Source: Lepidodermella squamata
Taxonomy: Eukaryota > Animalia > Gastrotricha
Direction of reading: 5' to 3'
DNA: 64,000 bases
Assembly (NCBI GenBank): GCA_047495785.1
Contig: JBLDXI010000020.1
Coordinates: 1,860,001 to 1,924,000, forward strand
The notes below the pieces were generated by a model. The model saw only the letters and a list, made by a program, of their open reading frames with translations. It searched no databases and was not told the origin of the DNA. The translations under genes were made by a program, and so were the position numbers. Positions 61,556 through 64,000 of this stretch are shown one piece after another. The first letter of the stretch is position 1. Each line of letters begins with the position of its first letter.

Positions 61556-64000
61556 GGCGAAAAAATGTTATATTTATTATATACTACGCATGCTTTTAAT
61601 CAAAAGAAGAAAGATACTTCGTTCGACATTCGTAGCCGCAGTCTTTTAGTGCAAAAAAAATTATTAGAAAAATTATGTCTCTTTCCGCGATCGGTTCGTT
61701 TTTTTATGACAACTTTCTTTGTTACAATTGATATTATTATTATTATTATTATAACTATTGTTTCGAGTGTTATATCGGTATTTAGATGCAAAATACCTAC
61801 ACTGTTTTGATATTAGACAAAGTTTATTAATAAATTTTTCGAGTCGAGTGGAAAATATTTTCGTTTTTATAATATTTTATCGATCGATTGCGCAATTTAT
61901 TTTGATGATAATTTGCGGGTCCAGGTGTTTTGTCGCCTTTCGTGTAAGTCCGGCAGCAGGTTCGCCAAAATCTGTTAAGCGTCACATGCGATTAAAATTT
62001 TAGTCGTTGGCCATCGCACAGATGTGAGACAGGTAATACGCGTTATACTATAGCCAAACATTATTACTATAGCCGGGGTGTTGTTTTAGCCTGAAGAGCC
62101 GGGCGCGTACAATTTCGGGAAGCCACCTTAATAGCGGGCCACGTGGCGCGCCGATCGTTGCGCAACCGGGCAGGTGCGCAAAATTGACTTGACAAGCGCG
62201 AAGAAACCTGTCATTGACGCTAATACGATGACACGACCGTTGGTGGTCGCCATTCGGAAGCTGGGCTATCCGTTCAGTAAACACCTCGGTAGAAAGGCGC
62301 CGCGGCCTTTTGGGTAACTGAGACGCAGCCGCAGCGGCCGCGAAAATTCCGGCGCACGTTCGACACTTCAACGAGCGACGGCGCGCACTCGCGGATTTTT
62401 GACTCAGATTATATTTTCATTGCCGCGCTCGGCTATTGACGCGACGGATTATTTTGGTCTACTGCCGGCGTCTGATTGCATCACTCGCAAAAATAATTGT
62501 TTTCGAGGCGCAGTTCCTGGGCGAGCGCGCCCTGTAATAAAGTTAAATGGCGCTCTTGGAACCGGCCGCTCGGCGCCACCATTATCATCATCATCATCGT
62601 GGCGAGCATCATCATCATGGTGCGCCCCTCAAAATCTGTGTCGTAAAATCGCGCGATGACAATAATAACCCGCATTGTGTAAATGAGAGACTCGTTAGTT
62701 GCCGCCTCGATGGTCGCAGCTAAATTTCCGCGCACCACGGCCGCCGTCATCGCCCGGAAAATTTACTACTGCTTCAAGAGGCGCATCGCGACAGATTGCG
62801 CGCGCGGGCGGGCGGGTGCGCGCATCCACCACGCGCGCAAAATGGGAATGAGCGCGCGTGTGCAATTCAATCAACGATTTTTACACAGTTATTTATCATC
62901 ATTATCTCAGCGCGATCATCTCGTCGTAAGTGCAACCGAGTCAGCCACTTACTTCAGCAGCAGCAGCAGCAATTTAACACAATGACGAAACAAGCAACGC
63001 CCGGCGGCTATGAAAAGTTCACAACATATGTTTGGCGCTTATTATAGCCGGTGTTTTGCGCACAGTTGCGTGTTATTTTTCAATTAATTCCTAGCCACCT
63101 TTTCGATAAAAATCGCGCACATACCTCTACACATTATGAGGTCGATCAAGGTGGCGCGGATATTTTGATAGTACCATGTGCGCATCGCAGTGCATCGATT
63201 AATAATTATTATTTTCGCTACTAGCGTGTAACCAAGCTTGAATAAACAAACGTGTGTTGTTATTCGATGATGAGCCAAAGTAATAATAATAATACCTAAT
63301 AACGAGCTACCTACTACACCACTGGCAATCGTCACTCAATCCACCGGAGTCGGCTTGATAACCGTTATTATTCTACCGGCGCCGGCCAAGCGTGGCGGCG
63401 TATATATATATATATATATATCGATAGGCACGTCTAGTTATAAGGCAAAGAGATAATACAAATAAGCTGAAAATTGCCTCGTATTACCTCGGTGAATATC
63501 GACACCGTGGAATCGCTACTTTGATGCGTTGATGAACTGTAAATATTTCCGCTGGTGCGCGCGCGAACCTGCTCGGCAATTAAAACGCTCGCCTAAACAC
63601 GCGAATGGATTGGTATTATTAAACAAAAAGCAGCGCGCAAAAAGGTGATGCGTCGAGTGATACGCGCCAGATTTTCGGTGCACGCGTGCCGTTTAGCGGT
63701 AGGCCCGAGCGGGTGCGCCGTGTTTGTTGTGCCGGGCGCTGCCGCCGTGGCGCAAAGGCGCACGCGGCGTCAAAGATCTTAAACACCCTGGCACGCGCTC
63801 GTGATTTTCCCGATACACTAACTACTACTATACTAATATAACCGTTAAACGATATTATAAATACTTATACACACGAGTATATTTAACTACAGGTTGCTGA
63901 TAGACTCGATACTGTTATGTGTTTATACAAAAATTGGTGCGCATCTAATCGGCGGAAATAAAAGCGGTGGCGGCGCACCACCGCGCGTGTTTAAACGAGC

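Overview
Eukaryotic (bilaterian animal) genomic DNA from a compact genome: most introns are 50-60 nt and (TTAGGG)n-like tracts occur. A small spiralian-type invertebrate is plausible, but that is inference. No prokaryotic features, CRISPR arrays or RNA genes were seen. Recognisable genes are a divergent Rec8/Rad21-type kleisin, a DEG/ENaC channel with a large repetitive insert, two head-to-head glycine-receptor-like Cys-loop subunits with atypical pores, a B-type muscarinic-like GPCR, a single-DBD nuclear receptor with a CEACKK P-box, a BTB-BACK-Kelch gene and a Snail-family gene without a visible SNAG domain. The main discovery only appears after manual splicing. It is a 13-member family of small secreted proteins sharing the core C-x2-C-[FY]-x(9 or 32-33)-C-x7-[RK]-x7-8-C, which I cannot assign to any family I know. 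Nine members share a phase-0 intron two codons after the CxxC position. Four are intronless and carry a 23-24 aa insert at that same position. The family lies in two oppositely oriented arrays (5.7-14 kb on minus, 38-51.6 kb on plus). All gene models are hand-spliced and unverified by transcripts.
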